Positions 38,767 through 51,771 of a DNA stretch of 64,000 bases are shown in pieces. Within the stretch, counting starts at the first letter, position 1, and every line of letters starts with the position of its first letter. The notes under the pieces are model-generated. The model saw only the letters and a list, made by a program, of their open reading frames with translations, searched no databases and was not told where the DNA came from. The translations under genes were made by a program, and so were the position numbers. Origin of the DNA: Eledone cirrhosa (taxonomy: Eukaryota); NCBI GenBank assembly GCA_964016885.1, contig OZ024745.1, positions 74,586,001-74,650,000 of the forward strand, read 5' to 3'.

Positions 38767-39889
38767 CATACTCAGGGAAGTAAAACTACATTGTAATGTT
38801 ATACTATTAACAATTGAGGTGGCTTAGTCATCAAATTCATTACATCTTCAATAACGAAGAATGTATTTTCTTCTAATACTTCAAGAAAAGCAAATACAAC
38901 TGGCAAAATCCCAGGATTGACTATTTAAGAGCAATCTGCAGCCTTCTGCAGAAAACAACAGACACATTTGCCAAACTACTATAAAGACCAGGAGGAAGAG
39001 GGGGAGCGACGAACTATTTACAATAACAATTAGAAGTATGGTTTTATTACTTGTTGGTTCTGTTCATTACAGCTTGCCAGCGATCATTGGCCTGACCTGC
39101 AAGAAATGTGTCAAATATACATGCTCTTTAGCTTTCATGATCTGCATACTTGTTATTTTTTAATCTATAAACTACTCACTACAAATTGTTTCAGAAAAAC
39201 AATATTTAGACATATTTTCAAATAATAGATCAAAGAGATATTTTCATTCTATATAATCAAATATCAAAACATCCTTTTCTCAGCTATTTATAAGCTGAGA
39301 TATTTCAGCATGGCCACTACATGTGTAGGTAGAAAGTTATTTTATCAATCCTATTCATATGGTGAAAGGTCTGAGCAATCCATAAACATTATCTCATAAA
39401 AGCTCTTACTGATAACTATTCTGTACTTCTATTATATCTCAAGCCTTGCTTCTCAGTGACTCAGCTAGAGTTTCTATTACATATTTTACGTATCCATTAA
39501 TTGCACTGAATAAACAGTAATGAGTTCCTTAAAAAAGTGTATAGTTAATGGTAGAGTTACCTATGAAGTGAATTTCTTGAACTACTTAAACAATTCATTA
39601 GACCTGATACCTAGGTTGTTTATCGAATGCTAGAAGTGGTTGTAGTGAGAGCATATAGTAGATAAGATATGAAAGAATGGAAAATGTGTCTTTTGGAAAG
39701 TGTTTCTCTTGCGATGAAAAAAAAACTCTGTGAAGTGTGAAGAGAGAATGCTATTCTGGGTGATGAGAGATAGACATGGAATGCAGAAGACATGGAAAGG
39801 TGGGGGTGAAATGAGGCAGGTATGATCTGTTAATTGTAAAGTAAGCTGAGAGACCAGTTGAGCATCAAAGACATTGGCATTTATATATC

Positions 39890-40240
39890 ATCATCACCAT
39901 CATATATGTCTTCTTTTCCATGCTTGCATGGGTTGGACAGGTCCTCTCCAGCACAGCTTCATTCCACACACAGCATTCCTTGATCATCTCTTCTGTGAAG
40001 TTCAGCATTTTGTTCAGCTCTAACCACCTCTGCCCAGATATTTCTCCGTCTTCCTCTACTGCAGCTTCCTTCCCCTGGCATCACCTACAACTTCTTCTCC
40101 TAGTGTCCCTCATTCATATACATCACATGTCCAAACCAGTGCAGACTTCTCTCTTGCGCACTACATCTGATTCCTTTTATACATTGGTTTTCTGTCAGTT
40201 AATTCACACCTTGTTCATGCACACTAACATTGCACAACCA
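39890..40240 (-). mobile_element. RTE LINE 3' fragment
   Basis: Reverse complement matches 53600-54030 (GTGCAAGAGAGAAG.CTGCACTGGTTTGGACATGTGATG; tail AACCCATGCAAGCATGGAAAA). Confidence 0.7.
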
Positions 40241-40674
40241 ACACAATGTACTTGCTGTGTTTCTCTCCATGCACAATCAACACAATATACTTGCTGTGTT
40301 TCTCTCCAATCTGGTTATCCTCTTTACTACCTATGTCTTACTTTCATGCAACATACAATCTACCCTTTGCTGGTAGAAAAAACGGTTGCTTCTGACAGGA
40401 CCCACTGGAAGGAGTGTTTGAGAACTCTTCCCCCACGACCCTCTTTAGGAGAAGAAGAGTCAGGTACTGGGGTTAATTTAATCAACTTTGTTCTTCCTTC
40501 AAAATTTGCTGGCTTTGTGCTTCGATTAGAAATCAATATATTACTGTTATTTGTTTTTATCAATTCCTGTTGGATGAAGAGATTTGAACTCAGAACTTAA
40601 AGTGGTATAACTAAATATTGCAAGGCATTTTATCCAACATTCCATTGCTTCTGCTGTCTGACAGATGCAATAAT

Positions 40675-40856
40675 TGTTTCTACTTTTGGCACAAGGCCAG
40701 CAATTACTCAGTGCATTACTGGTACTTTATTTTATCAACACCCTGTAAGGATGAAAGGCAAAGTTAACCTCAGCGGGATTTGAATTCAGAATGGCAAGGT
40801 AACTCTATGCGTCAAAGCATGGTGTCCGACCCTCTACCGATACTGTCAATCCACCA
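40675..40856 (-). mobile_element. Family A SINE with TSD
   Basis: Full-length reverse copy; TSD ACAGATGYAATAAT on both sides. Confidence 0.88.
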
Positions 40857-42837
40857 CAGATGTAATAATATTGATTATATAGGCACAAGGCCTCAAATTT
40901 GAAAGAAGGGAACAGTTGATAAAATTGACCCTGTATACAAAATATCTATTTAATAAAAAAAATTAGACGATCCTAGCTGGAAAGCTTTTGATTGTAGTTC
41001 CACCAGATTACGGGTTATTTGGGGTTAAACAACAACAAACTCAACTTCATTTTAATTTTATCACAATCTTCTCATGTTTGCATAAACTTGATAATATATA
41101 TATATCTGCATAGTTTAAAACTATCTTGTGTGGTGACTTAAATAGAACTATAATCAGATTGATATGGAAAAGAATGATGAACAAAGAAAAAATAGAAAAC
41201 CAAAATCTAGAATGGCTGAGCAAGAATGAGAGAGAGAGAGAGAGAATACATGATTTGGTATCATTTTTGTGCAATATGCTTGTAAGATAGAAAGAAAAAC
41301 AATGTCAATCATTTCAATAAAATTCTTATCGTTGATAACAGAATCAATAAACAATCAGATGGTTAATTCTAGCAGAACACTTCTTCAATAAACATCAATA
41401 CTGTTATCAACAGAAGCCTGTTATAATCAAGATATTTTGATTTGATTTGATTTTTTTTATTTGCTATTTGCACAAATATTATTAATTCATTAACAGAATA
41501 TATGTTTTCTACAGGTTAAATTGAATATTTATATATTATTACTATAGTTTCTATATATAAATGTTTTGTATATTTTCTGATTTTTCAGTTTCCGTTTTCC
41601 AATATCACATAATTATCTGACGTTGGGAAAAGAGAAGAAATTTTATCCAAAATCTTTTTTGCTGATATACAAGAAATACAATGTTGTTCTAAAAATTGTT
41701 CCTCCTCCTCTTCTTCATTGTTACTTACCATCCTTAGTTGATCTCTGGGAATGTGACAGTAAATTGGCAGAGTTATTGGAACATAGAACAAAATACCTTG
41801 TGGTATCGCTCTCATCCTTTCCAGGTTGAGAAAAATGTAATAGTCAAGGATGGAGGATTGGCGAAATTGTTAAAATGTCGGACAAGATACTTTGTAGTAT
41901 TTATTTGTGTTCAAGCACTGTCCAGGCCTATTTGGGTTGGAGACTTAATCTGTCATTTAGTTTAATACCACCATCTGGTCTTTGGATGCTTTTTATGGAA
42001 GTCCATTCTGTTGCAAGCATTCAGATGAGATCTCCAGTTTGTGGATAACTTTGTTCCTCTTTTCCACCAATCTTGGAGGCCCTCTGTAGGACTATGGCCA
42101 CTCTCCTTCTCCCTCTAAGCAGCAGCATTTAAGAATTGTTTTTTTCCCCATGCTGGCATAAGTTGGAAGGATCTTCACAGACAAAATCAGTACTTAATCA
42201 GAGCCAGAAGGCCTTATCTCACTCACATATTGCCCTTCCCATCACCAACCACTTTACAGATAGTACTCGGTACAAAAAGTTTTTTTTTTGTTTTTTTTTA
42301 AATGGATGGAAATGAAAGAATAGAAGTAAACATGTTTATTCTTTCTAATAAAGAAAACCTGGTTTATTGATATCCCCCAAATGGTAAAAGATTTTTAGGA
42401 ACTTTTTACAAAGCTGGCCAAAAATAAAACATGTTATATACAGCAAGAAAAGATCTTCAACGTTCTCTGTTACTGTGTATATCAAATAACAAGCAAGTTA
42501 TGAGACATTATTTCAGAACGGAACAATATAGATTAAACTATAAAATATACTTAGTTGATATTGCAAAGTGGTTGGCAATAAAAAAGATATCCAGGCATAA
42601 AAACAAGCCCCCTAAAAAAAATCCAAGATAACACAGATTAGTGATTTCTTTTTTTTATTTGTTATTTTAAGTATCAGAGACAAGTGGCAAAACACTGTAT
42701 TGGAACAGAATCATCTAACCCATGAGAGCATTGAAAATTGGATGTAGAATGGTGACTATGGCAGTAGTGATGGTGATCATCACCATCACCATCTGGACAG
42801 ATATATGTGTTATATATTACTTATTATAAATTATAAT

Positions 42838-45800
42838 ATCCGCTTATGCACCCCAATCTGGTCTACCTGACGTTATAAAGGACAGGTTCTATGAGATGCT
42901 AATGCACCAAATAACCGACAGCGACTATTTAATTATTGCTGGCGATCTAAACGGTCACGTTGGACAACATAGTGATGGCTATGATGGAATCCATGGAGGC
43001 TATGGGGTTGGAAATAGAAATGAGGAAGGCTTCAGAATCCTGGAATTCTGTGACGCAAATAGCCCAACTATCTGTAACACAAACTTCAAAAAACGTGAAA
43101 ACCACTTGATCACCTATAGATCAGGGGAACACACCAGCCAGATAGATTATATCCTTACTAGAAGACGGGACAAAGTGTCTGTTGTAAACACTAAATCCCT
43201 CCCCCGTGAAGAATGCACCTCCCAACATAGCCTAGTAGTTAGTGACCTCATAGTCAGGAATAGACGTACTAGACGACAGAAGAGGCCTACCTTGAGGAGA
43301 AGAATATGGAAGTTGAAGGACCCCATAGCCAGTGATAAATTTAAAAGCTTATTACTTGATGCCTTTGACAATAAGGGAGAGCAATTAGAGACATGCGATA
43401 TAGAGGAACAGTGGCAATTCTTGAAAGTGAACCTGCTGAAAGCAACGGATGAAGTCTGTGGCTGGAGCAGACCTATTGGCAGGAGGAGAGTAACTTGGTG
43501 GTGGAACAGTAAGGTGGAAGAGACAACCAAGGCCAAAAAGCAGGCTTGGAAAGTATGGGGGAAGTAGAGAACACTATCAAGTGGCCAGGAGAGAAGCTAG
43601 GAGACAAGCGTACCTTGCAAAAAGAGTAGCAGAGGATAGAAAGTTCAAACATGTTCTACAACGTGAGGTGTTCAGGATTGCTAGACAATGTGTCAAGGAA
43701 AACCGTGATATTGTCGGGAAGAAGTGTGTCAGTAATGATAACGGTGTACTTGCGCTCACTGATACTGATAAGAAGATAGCCTGGAAGTATCACTAAGAGA
43801 GACTATTAAATGAGGAGAATAAATGGGAAAAAGATAGTCTGCCCCAAATCGATCCAATAGAAGGACCAGCGGTGCAAGTTAAAGGTAGTATAATAAGTAA
43901 GACAATCAAAGATATGAAGACAGGCAAGGCTGCTGGGCCTTCGGAGATAGTTGCTGAGATGTTGAAGGCATCTGGTATGGTGGGACACACTACGGTCACC
44001 TGTATAGTTAACCAAGTTATACAGAATGGGGTCATACCGAAAGACTGGCATAGCAGCATCATCATTAACTGCTACAAGGGTAAAGGGGATGCTCTAGATA
44101 GGGGAAACTATAGAGGCATTAAGTTAGTTGACCAGGTCATGAATGTAACAAAGAGTTATAGCGCAACTAATCAGAGAGCGAATTGATCTAGATGAAATGC
44201 AGTTTGGGTTTGTGTCAGGTAAAAGTACCACAGACGCCCTTTTCCTTGTATGACAACTACAAGAGAAATACCTAGCTAAAAGTAAACTCCTCTACTTAGC
44301 TTTTGTAGACCTGGAGAAAGCCTTTGACAGAGTCCCTCACTCCATTATCTGGTGGGCTCTTAGAAAACTAGGTGTAGATGAATGGCTTGTGAGAGCTATA
44401 CAAGCTATGTATAATGAAACAGTCAGTAAGGTTAGAATTAATAATGAATATTGTGAAGAATTTAGTGTAAAAGTTGGCGTTCATCAAGGCTCTGTCCTTA
44501 GCCCCCTCCTATTTATTATTGCCCTTCAGGCTATAACAGAGAAGTTCAAGACCGGCTGCCCATGGGAACTCCTATACGCAGATGATCTAACGCTCATAGC
44601 TGAATCAATGGCTGAACTAGGGAAGAAATTCGAAACATGGAAGCATGGCCTAGAATCAAAAGGCCTTAAAGTTAACTTGTCTAAGACTAAAGTTCTAGTT
44701 TGTAGAAAGGAAAATAGGGCACAGCTGCCCTCAGGGAAATGGCCATGCTCAGTGTGTAGGAAAGGAGTAGGCAGAAATTCCATTTTATGTTCCAAATACA
44801 AAGTATGGGTGCATAAAAGATGTAGTGGGATCACAGGTAAACTATCTAAGAACGTAGACTTTATATGTGGCCGATGCTCAGGTGCAATAAGTAGCAAGTG
44901 TCCACAAGATACTAGCTCCTTCTATTGCCCAGGTGGTTCTATAGAAATAGTAGGCACTTTCCGTTACCTGGATGACGAAATCAGCAGTGGAGGAGGGTGT
45001 TCTGAAAGTACAGTAGCCAGAGTCAGAACGGGATGGAAAAAGTTCAGAGAGCTTATACCGCTGTTGGCCACAAAGGTTTCTCTCTAAAAATGAAAGGCAG
45101 ATTGTATGATGCTTGTATACGAACAGCAATGCTACATGGCAGTGAGACATGGGCATTACGTGCAGAGGACCTGCGCAGACTGGAAAGGAACGAAGCATGC
45201 ATGCTCCGTTGGTTGTGTAATAGTAATATACGTGAACGGCAAAGCATAAATGAACTAAGTGAGAAATTAGGAATAAGAGGGATCAGATGCTGTTTACTTG
45301 AGAGAAGACTACGTTGGTATGGCCACGTGATGCGCATGAAAGACGACAGCTGTATAAAAAAGTGCAGGGCGATCAAAATTGATGGTAGTTACGGAGTAGG
45401 TAGACCCAGAAAAACCTGGGACGATCTAATAAATTCCGACCTTACACACTTACACCTCTCTAACACAATCTCACTGGACCGAGATCTTTGGCGCTATGCA
45501 GTAATACAGAAGACCCGCCTTGCCTATGTACAAAGCGAAACCTACAGTCAGTAGGCACCTTTTAACCAAATATACACCCCAATCCACTACCCCTACCCTA
45601 TCCTCCCACTCCCACCAACACCACCCTCTCTCTATAAAGTTGGTACCACATCATCCAGTCCAAATAAATGAGATAATGAGATCGAGATTGTGTAGGTGTC
45701 ACGACAAAAAACACACAGTCCACGCTGTAATGTGGTTGTGTAGGTAACACGGTAAAAAGTTCCCAGTTCCACACTGTAAATGTGGTTGGTGTTAGGAAGG

Positions 45801-45950
45801 GCATCCAGCCATAGAAAACCTGCCAGATAGTCCTATATGAGCGAGACACGGTCACCCAACCAACCTTGACTCAAATTGGGACAACTCCCGTCTAACCCAT
45901 GCTAGCGTGGAAAATGGACGTTAAACAAAGATGATGATGATGATGATGAT
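42838..45950 (+). mobile_element. RTE-clade LINE, 5'-truncated and disrupted (APE endonuclease, RT, internal PHD finger)
   Basis: AYAPQ, IIAGDLNGHVG, SQIDYIL, SQHSLV (APE); GKAAGP, NYRGIKL, QFGF, AFVDLEKAFDRVP, GVHQGSVLSPLLF, LLYADD (RT); HGSETW, RRLRWYGHVMR, GRPRKTW; (GAT)n tail; several stops and frameshifts. Confidence 0.95.
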
Positions 45951-46131
45951 GGTATTACCTTTACAATTATATTGTGGATTATTTGACATTTGAATAATTA
46001 AGCTAATCATCTTTTTTGTTTACTCCCTGTATATATTTTTTCTATTTCACATTATTTCTGAATAGCAAAATTTAGTGAAGAAATGTAAAGAAAAATAAGA
46101 AACAATACTTTTTTTTTTAGTATTTAAAATG

Positions 46132-46137
46132 TTTATT
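46132..46137 (-). terminator. Probable KRTCAP2 polyadenylation signal
   Basis: AATAAA on the minus strand 40 nt after the stop codon. Confidence 0.55.
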
Positions 46138-46177
46138 AGCAATAAAAAGTAATAGCAGTAATTATGAGGAAACTACA

Positions 46178-46277
46178 TCACTTTCGTTTCTTAGACGTTA
46201 CAGCAACTGGTGGAGGAGCATAAATAGTCATTGACAACCTGTTGATGAAGTACAATGCTATGACGGAGAATATAAAG
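46178..46277 (-). CDS. KRTCAP2: KRTCAP2/KCP2 last coding exon
   Basis: Acceptor TTTTTTCTCTTCCCTTTAG; phase 2; (C)FIFSVIALYFINRLSMTIYAPPPVAVTSKKRK*, similar to human [20 protein letters not shown]...KKRN; dilysine ER-retrieval-like end. Confidence 0.95.
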
Positions 46278-47732
46278 CTAAAGGGAAGAGAAAAAAAATG
46301 TAAGATTAGATTAAGAATAAAATAAATTTTTGTTAGGCATATCAGCATAAACTGGATTTTTAAAACTAAATTAAATAATTATTTACTTTGTAAAGGAGGC
46401 AGGATGCATATATTCACTTGAATTGACCCTAGCATTTTACTTTTATCAAGCTTGAAGAAATAAATGGTAAATTTTCAGTGAATTAATACTTTCAAGATTG
46501 ACTGCCACTAATAGACATGAACATACAATCAAATAATTATGCAACACATAATTATTCTAAGTATCTCATATTGTGGGCACAGGCATGGATGTATTATGAA
46601 GTTTGCTTCACAAAGATGAGATTCTGCATTCAATTCAACTGCTTTGGGCAGCATTTTGGGTCAGTATCTTTTACCACAGTCGTGAGTCCACCCAAGCTTA
46701 CTGAGTAAAATTGGGAACATTCGAAGGTCCACATTGTCACACTGTGCCACACTAATTCTCCCTGAGAATTACATTATGGATACACATGTCTGTGGAATAC
46801 ACAGCCATGTAAATGCCAATAGTTGATCAAACAACTGAATGCTCATTGTCGAAACCAACAGAGGATTCATCATCTCAATGAGTTATTCTCTTTTAAATGT
46901 ATATACAATGGCAACATTCTTAATACCCACTTCATATCTTGCATTTCATTTGTTAGTCTGAAAGGAAAATACAATGCCTATAGCCTTTGTTTAGGTTTTC
47001 TTAAACTGTAGTATGAAGATAACAAGGTGGACTTAATACAATTTATGGTTAATTTGAATTCTTACAGATTTATATTTGGAAGGGGAAAACATGAGCATGA
47101 AATTAGCTCCAAATGAATTTCAAAACAGAATGAGTACACATCATTGTTTCACACCTGTTTTCCCTGTTAGCAAGGGCCTGGCTGTGTCATTACAAACAAT
47201 TAGTGGAGCTAGATATGTGACATCTCAGATGTGCTAAGGGCCTGCAACTCACTTACATACATTCCTGCACTCTATTGATTGCTCCAGCAAGTGTGGGGTC
47301 TGCATCCTGCTTACATACATTCATGCACTCTACTGAATGCATTTTATCATGACACCAGCACTAGGGAAGTTGCCAGGTCTTTAATACAGCTGAGGATCCT
47401 CCCAACCCTTTATTTGGCAACTTTTCTATGGCTGGATGCCCTTCATATCACCAACCACTTTACAGACTGTACTGGGTGATGTGTTTATATAGTACATAGT
47501 AAAAGAGTTTAATAGAAGATACAAGTGGCACCAAGTAGATTAAGAAGAATAACACACAAATCCAGCAAATTCGTGGTGGTGGTAGTAGTAGTAACAGTAG
47601 TCAAAGTAGCTGAACAGTGAAAAATGTTAAGTAAAAGTATTGTTATAAGTAAACAGCTTTTCTTGGGTAATGTCATGAATTGTTTGTATTTCTCTTTCTC
47701 ACCCCACCCCCCTGTATATACTAAGTACAAAG

Positions 47733-48024
47733 TATTCTCAGGTTCCAAATAGTAGTAGAATAAGCGGGGGATTGGAAAATTGTTAATTTTTCTAGGTTGT
47801 CTCTGTTGATATATTTAGAAACCAGAATGAGATGTTTAGTTTACATATTGAGACCCCAACCCATCCTATCTATTTTATAACATATGGGATTTCCTGTAAT
47901 GTACTTTTTTTGTCAAGTATAAAAATTAATAGTTGCAGGAATGCTACCACTTAAAATAAAATTTTATGATAGATTAGAAAAATTTAATAAGCGGGCGGGG
48001 GCGATTATTTGAGATCCAAGAGTA
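47733..48024. mobile_element. MITE in KRTCAP2 intron 4
   Basis: TATTCTCAGGTTCCAAATA ... TATTTGAGATCCAAGAGTA; interior homologous to 13590-13864. Confidence 0.65.
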
Positions 48025-48086
48025 GCTATTAGAGACAGAAATATTTTCTGGCCTTGAAATAGAAACCTACTTATTGTAAGGCTGTT

Positions 48087-48345
48087 CATCATCATCATCA
48101 TCACCGTTTTACGTCCGTTCTTCCACGCTAGCATGGGTTAGACGGGTTGTCCTGTTGTGTGCAGTGTCTGGTCGGCTGACCATGCTTTGCTCATACAGGA
48201 ACTGATCTGGCTTGATTTCTACAGCTGGATGCCCTTCCTAACACCAACCTCATTTACAGTGAGTGCTGGGTGCTTTTTCGTGGCGCCTACACGTCCACTT
48301 TACAGTGTGGGCTGGGTGCTTTTTTGCCGTGGCACCTCCACGACC
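48087..48345 (-). mobile_element. Short retroposon sharing the RTE 3' tail
   Basis: Reverse complement of the LINE 3' region 45770-45950 (GGTGTTAGGAAGGGCATCCAGC...AACCCATGCTAGCGTGGAA...(GAT)n). More copies at about 50790-50940, 51864-52100, 52930-53105, 58425-58680 and 61490-61670. Confidence 0.7.
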
Positions 48346-49519
48346 ACCTTGCGGTGGGGGGGGGGGGGGCATATTGTTTATATGCTTCAGCATGTACCCA
48401 TGGGAGGTCGGGTACTCTGTATTACTGCGTGACGCCAGAAGTCACGGTCGTGTGTCATTGTCTTTGAGAGGTGTAATTGTTAACAAAATTTATTTTCAAA
48501 TAATATTCCTGAAGACGAAATTGTTGATTCTGTTATAAACAGTGTCAAGATTTTACATATGGTTTAAAGTAAAAGGAACAAATAATAGCAATATATATAA
48601 TTAAACTTTAACCTTACTGAAAACAGTCTACTCACTAAGACAACATTTAAAAGAAAAAATACCCAGTCAACTCTATAAAGTGACTGTGTAGGCATCTCGA
48701 TAAAAAACACCCAGTCCACACTGTAAAGTGGTTATGTAGGTGTTACGATAAAAAGCCTGTAAATGTGGTTGGCATTGGGAAAGGCATTGAGCCAGAGAAA
48801 CTAAGCCCAAAATTAGTTCTGCATGAGCAAGACACAGTCATCTGTATCCATTTTTCTTGTTTTGCACAACAGAAATATACCTCTATATTGTAAAGGGCTG
48901 ACACCCATTCATGGAACATTATATTTAATTTCTCCTCTCACTTGTCTATCACTGAGAAAAACTGAAACTATCCTATTGAACTGTTAGTAACTTTAACATA
49001 ACTGCCCTACTTTTACAGTACAGGAATTTTTATCTAGATTATTTTAATGTAAGACAATTCAATAATTTTTAACTTAAAATAAATTGAATTAGATTTCTAA
49101 AGTTTGTATCAAGTGTGTATTCTAGTCCTTAGAATAGAAGCACTGTACCACTGCATGTCATAGGAGGCTACTAAGAGGGTTAACATCAGGAAGTACAACC
49201 AGTTGCAAAATACTGCCTAGAAAAGTTTCGCCAAATTTAAGCCAACATGGAAAAGCGGAGGTAAAACGGCTGATGTTGGATTTAACATTTGTCTGAATAA
49301 ATTGCAAGTTACAAGCCTTGAGTTAGCTCCCTTGTCAACAATTATGACTTGAACAGTATAAACAAATATACAACCAAACAATTTAAACCACACACACATA
49401 CACGTTTAGTATTACAGGAACCAGTAAAAGAATACAACCATAAAACCTATAATTTTAAAATATCCTTAACAATACTATATAGTAATTAACTATATATCAT
49501 CATAAGCTGAAGTCCAGAT

Positions 49520-49850
49520 ACAAATTATTGTCCTTAAATGCTCGTAGTTTATGCAACAATATCCATCTTTTTCATTCTTACGTCAAAAGATCGACCCCGA
49601 TTTAATTAATCACGGAAACATGGGCGCATTTTTTACTTTATGATGGTGTTTTTAGCATAGCTGGTTACAACTTGTTTCGCAAAGACCGCATTAATTGTGA
49701 TGATGTGATTGTCTTCGTTCGTTCAAACTCCTCAGAAATTCCTTGCAATGATTTGAACCAATCACAAGAAGTATTTTTCTACAATATACGTATGACTATG
49801 TCCACACTTCTACTTGTTGTTGTTTACCGTCCCCCAAAATTACCATCAAA
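49520..49850 (+). mobile_element. Degraded CR1/L2-type APE endonuclease fragment
   Basis: LNARSLCN, a frameshifted ITETW, FSIAGYNLFRKDR and LLLVVVYRPP motifs. Confidence 0.65.
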
Positions 49851-50702
49851 ACACAGCTTTTTGATATCCTCAGAGCTGCTGCCAACATTAAGCTTACTCA
49901 GTCTCGTCCTAGACTTTGTAGTTTCTGGGATATTTACATCTCAAATGATATCAATTATTTTTTTGAAACACGTGTATTTAGATACCTAAAAGAGGGGTGC
50001 TAATTTTTGTTAGTCATTAAACCCTCTACTAGGCAGCAAATTGGCAGTCATTAGTATGCTTTGTGGTATATGTTTTGACTCTCTGCTCTCTGAGTTCAAA
50101 TCCCACCGAGGTTAACTTTACCTTTCATTCATTCAAGGTCAATAAAAAAAGTACTAGTCTCTGGAAGAAATCTGCTGTATTCAGATCTTGAGAGGAGATG
50201 GGCTCAGCTAGGTTTTAGAATGCTCTAGAAATGCTGCATGTCAATACGGTGCCCCTACAACACCCCCAGGAGTTACGGGACCATGTGTGCCTGCAAACCC
50301 TCAACTGTTTCGTGTTTGACCTGTGATTACACAATAGGAGCACATAGCGCAAGATTTACTAGTTTTATAAAGATGAGACATGAATATGTAATCTCTAAAT
50401 AAGGCTATTCTATTACAAGTAATAGTGTTATGAAAAAAAGAGATGAATCTGTAATCTCTAAATGGTTTCTGATTTAGGCACAAGGCCAATTATTTGGGAG
50501 AGTGGGGAGTCAATCAAGACCTGAGAGTATGTGTGTGCATGTGTGTTATGTGAAACATAGCTCAAATAACAGATAGCCATTATATATTTTTACGACAGGA
50601 GGAAATGAATTAGGTATAGTCCACTTCACTACAGGAAGATACAAAGTCAGAAAACAATATACAAAAACATAGCAAAGTTGATTTATAAAGAATTCAACTT
50701 AC

Positions 50703-50769
50703 CATGTTGTTACACAAACTCTGTGGATTAACCCTGAAGCAAACATGGCCAAAAATAAACAGGATACAA
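50703..50769 (-). CDS. KRTCAP2: KRTCAP2 coding exon 4 (67 nt)
   Basis: TTTTTTTTCAG acceptor, GTAAGT donor; (V)VSCLFLAMFASGLIHRVCVTT(C) matches human LALFASGLIHRVCVTTC; phases 1 and 2 fit the neighbouring exons. Confidence 0.97.
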
Positions 50770-51593
50770 CTGAAAAAAAAGAATTCATTTTGTTAGGAAG
50801 AGCATCCAGCAGTAGAAACTAAGCCAGAAACAGTTCTGTATGAGCAAGAAACAGTCATCTGATCTGACTTGTCTCATAACAGGACAGCTCATTTAACCCA
50901 TGCTTGTGTGGAAAATGGATGTTAAACGGTGATGATGATTATAGGCAGCAAATTGCAAGAGTCAATAAAATGTTAGACAGATTGTTTTGTGGTATTTATT
51001 CTAGCTCTGTGTTCTGAGTTCAAAACCCAACAAGGGCAAGTTTGTATTTCATCATTTTAATCCTTAAACATTTTTATTACTCTATATTTAAATAAATACT
51101 CTGTATTTTCATAGTAAACACTTTTATCTCACATAATATCAAATCTATGAGATTTTGACGTTATTTATTTTGACAACAATACCTTGACATAAGTATGAGC
51201 AGTCGGTTATGACCTGTTTGAACAAAAAGAGGTAAGAGAATTCTAGCCGGAAGCAGACGGTTTAAATGCTAAAGGTTTAAGGTTAATCTCACTTGATGAT
51301 GATTTGACAGAAACAAGTAATGACTAGTTTAATCACTGAAATACCTAATAAGCACATGATTGAACTGGTATTTTGATAGCAGTGGCACTAAAAATCTGTC
51401 TTTTTTATCTGCTTGATAGAAATTCTTAAAATGCTTTTACCATTTTGCAAATATTAAAGATTCAGGTTTTCTTTGACTGAGACCAGAAATTTTACTTTTT
51501 TTTTTATTTTGACTCATTATATATAACTATCTTTGCTCTTCAACAGGCATAAAGTTCTGTTATTGCTGCTTTAAAACTATGTAACCTTATATA

Positions 51594-51771
51594 TATATAG
51601 AACATCTTATACATATCACTAACAGGTTGATAAAATATCATTTCCTGGGGATGTATAAAAGCTCAAGCAACTTAAACATCTCCTTATGTTTAAGTTGCTT
51701 GAAATTTTATATATCTCCAGGAAACAATATTTTATCAACCCGTTAGTGATATGTATGAGATGTTCTATATA
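51594..51771. repeat. Long fold-back palindrome (86-bp arms, 6-nt loop), probably a MITE
   Basis: 51594-51679 versus the reverse complement of 51686-51771 shows about 8 mismatches; TA-rich ends. Confidence 0.9.

Noticed and set aside
39920-40600. 226-aa ORF
   Set aside because: Antisense read-through across fragments of two RTE families and a SINE.
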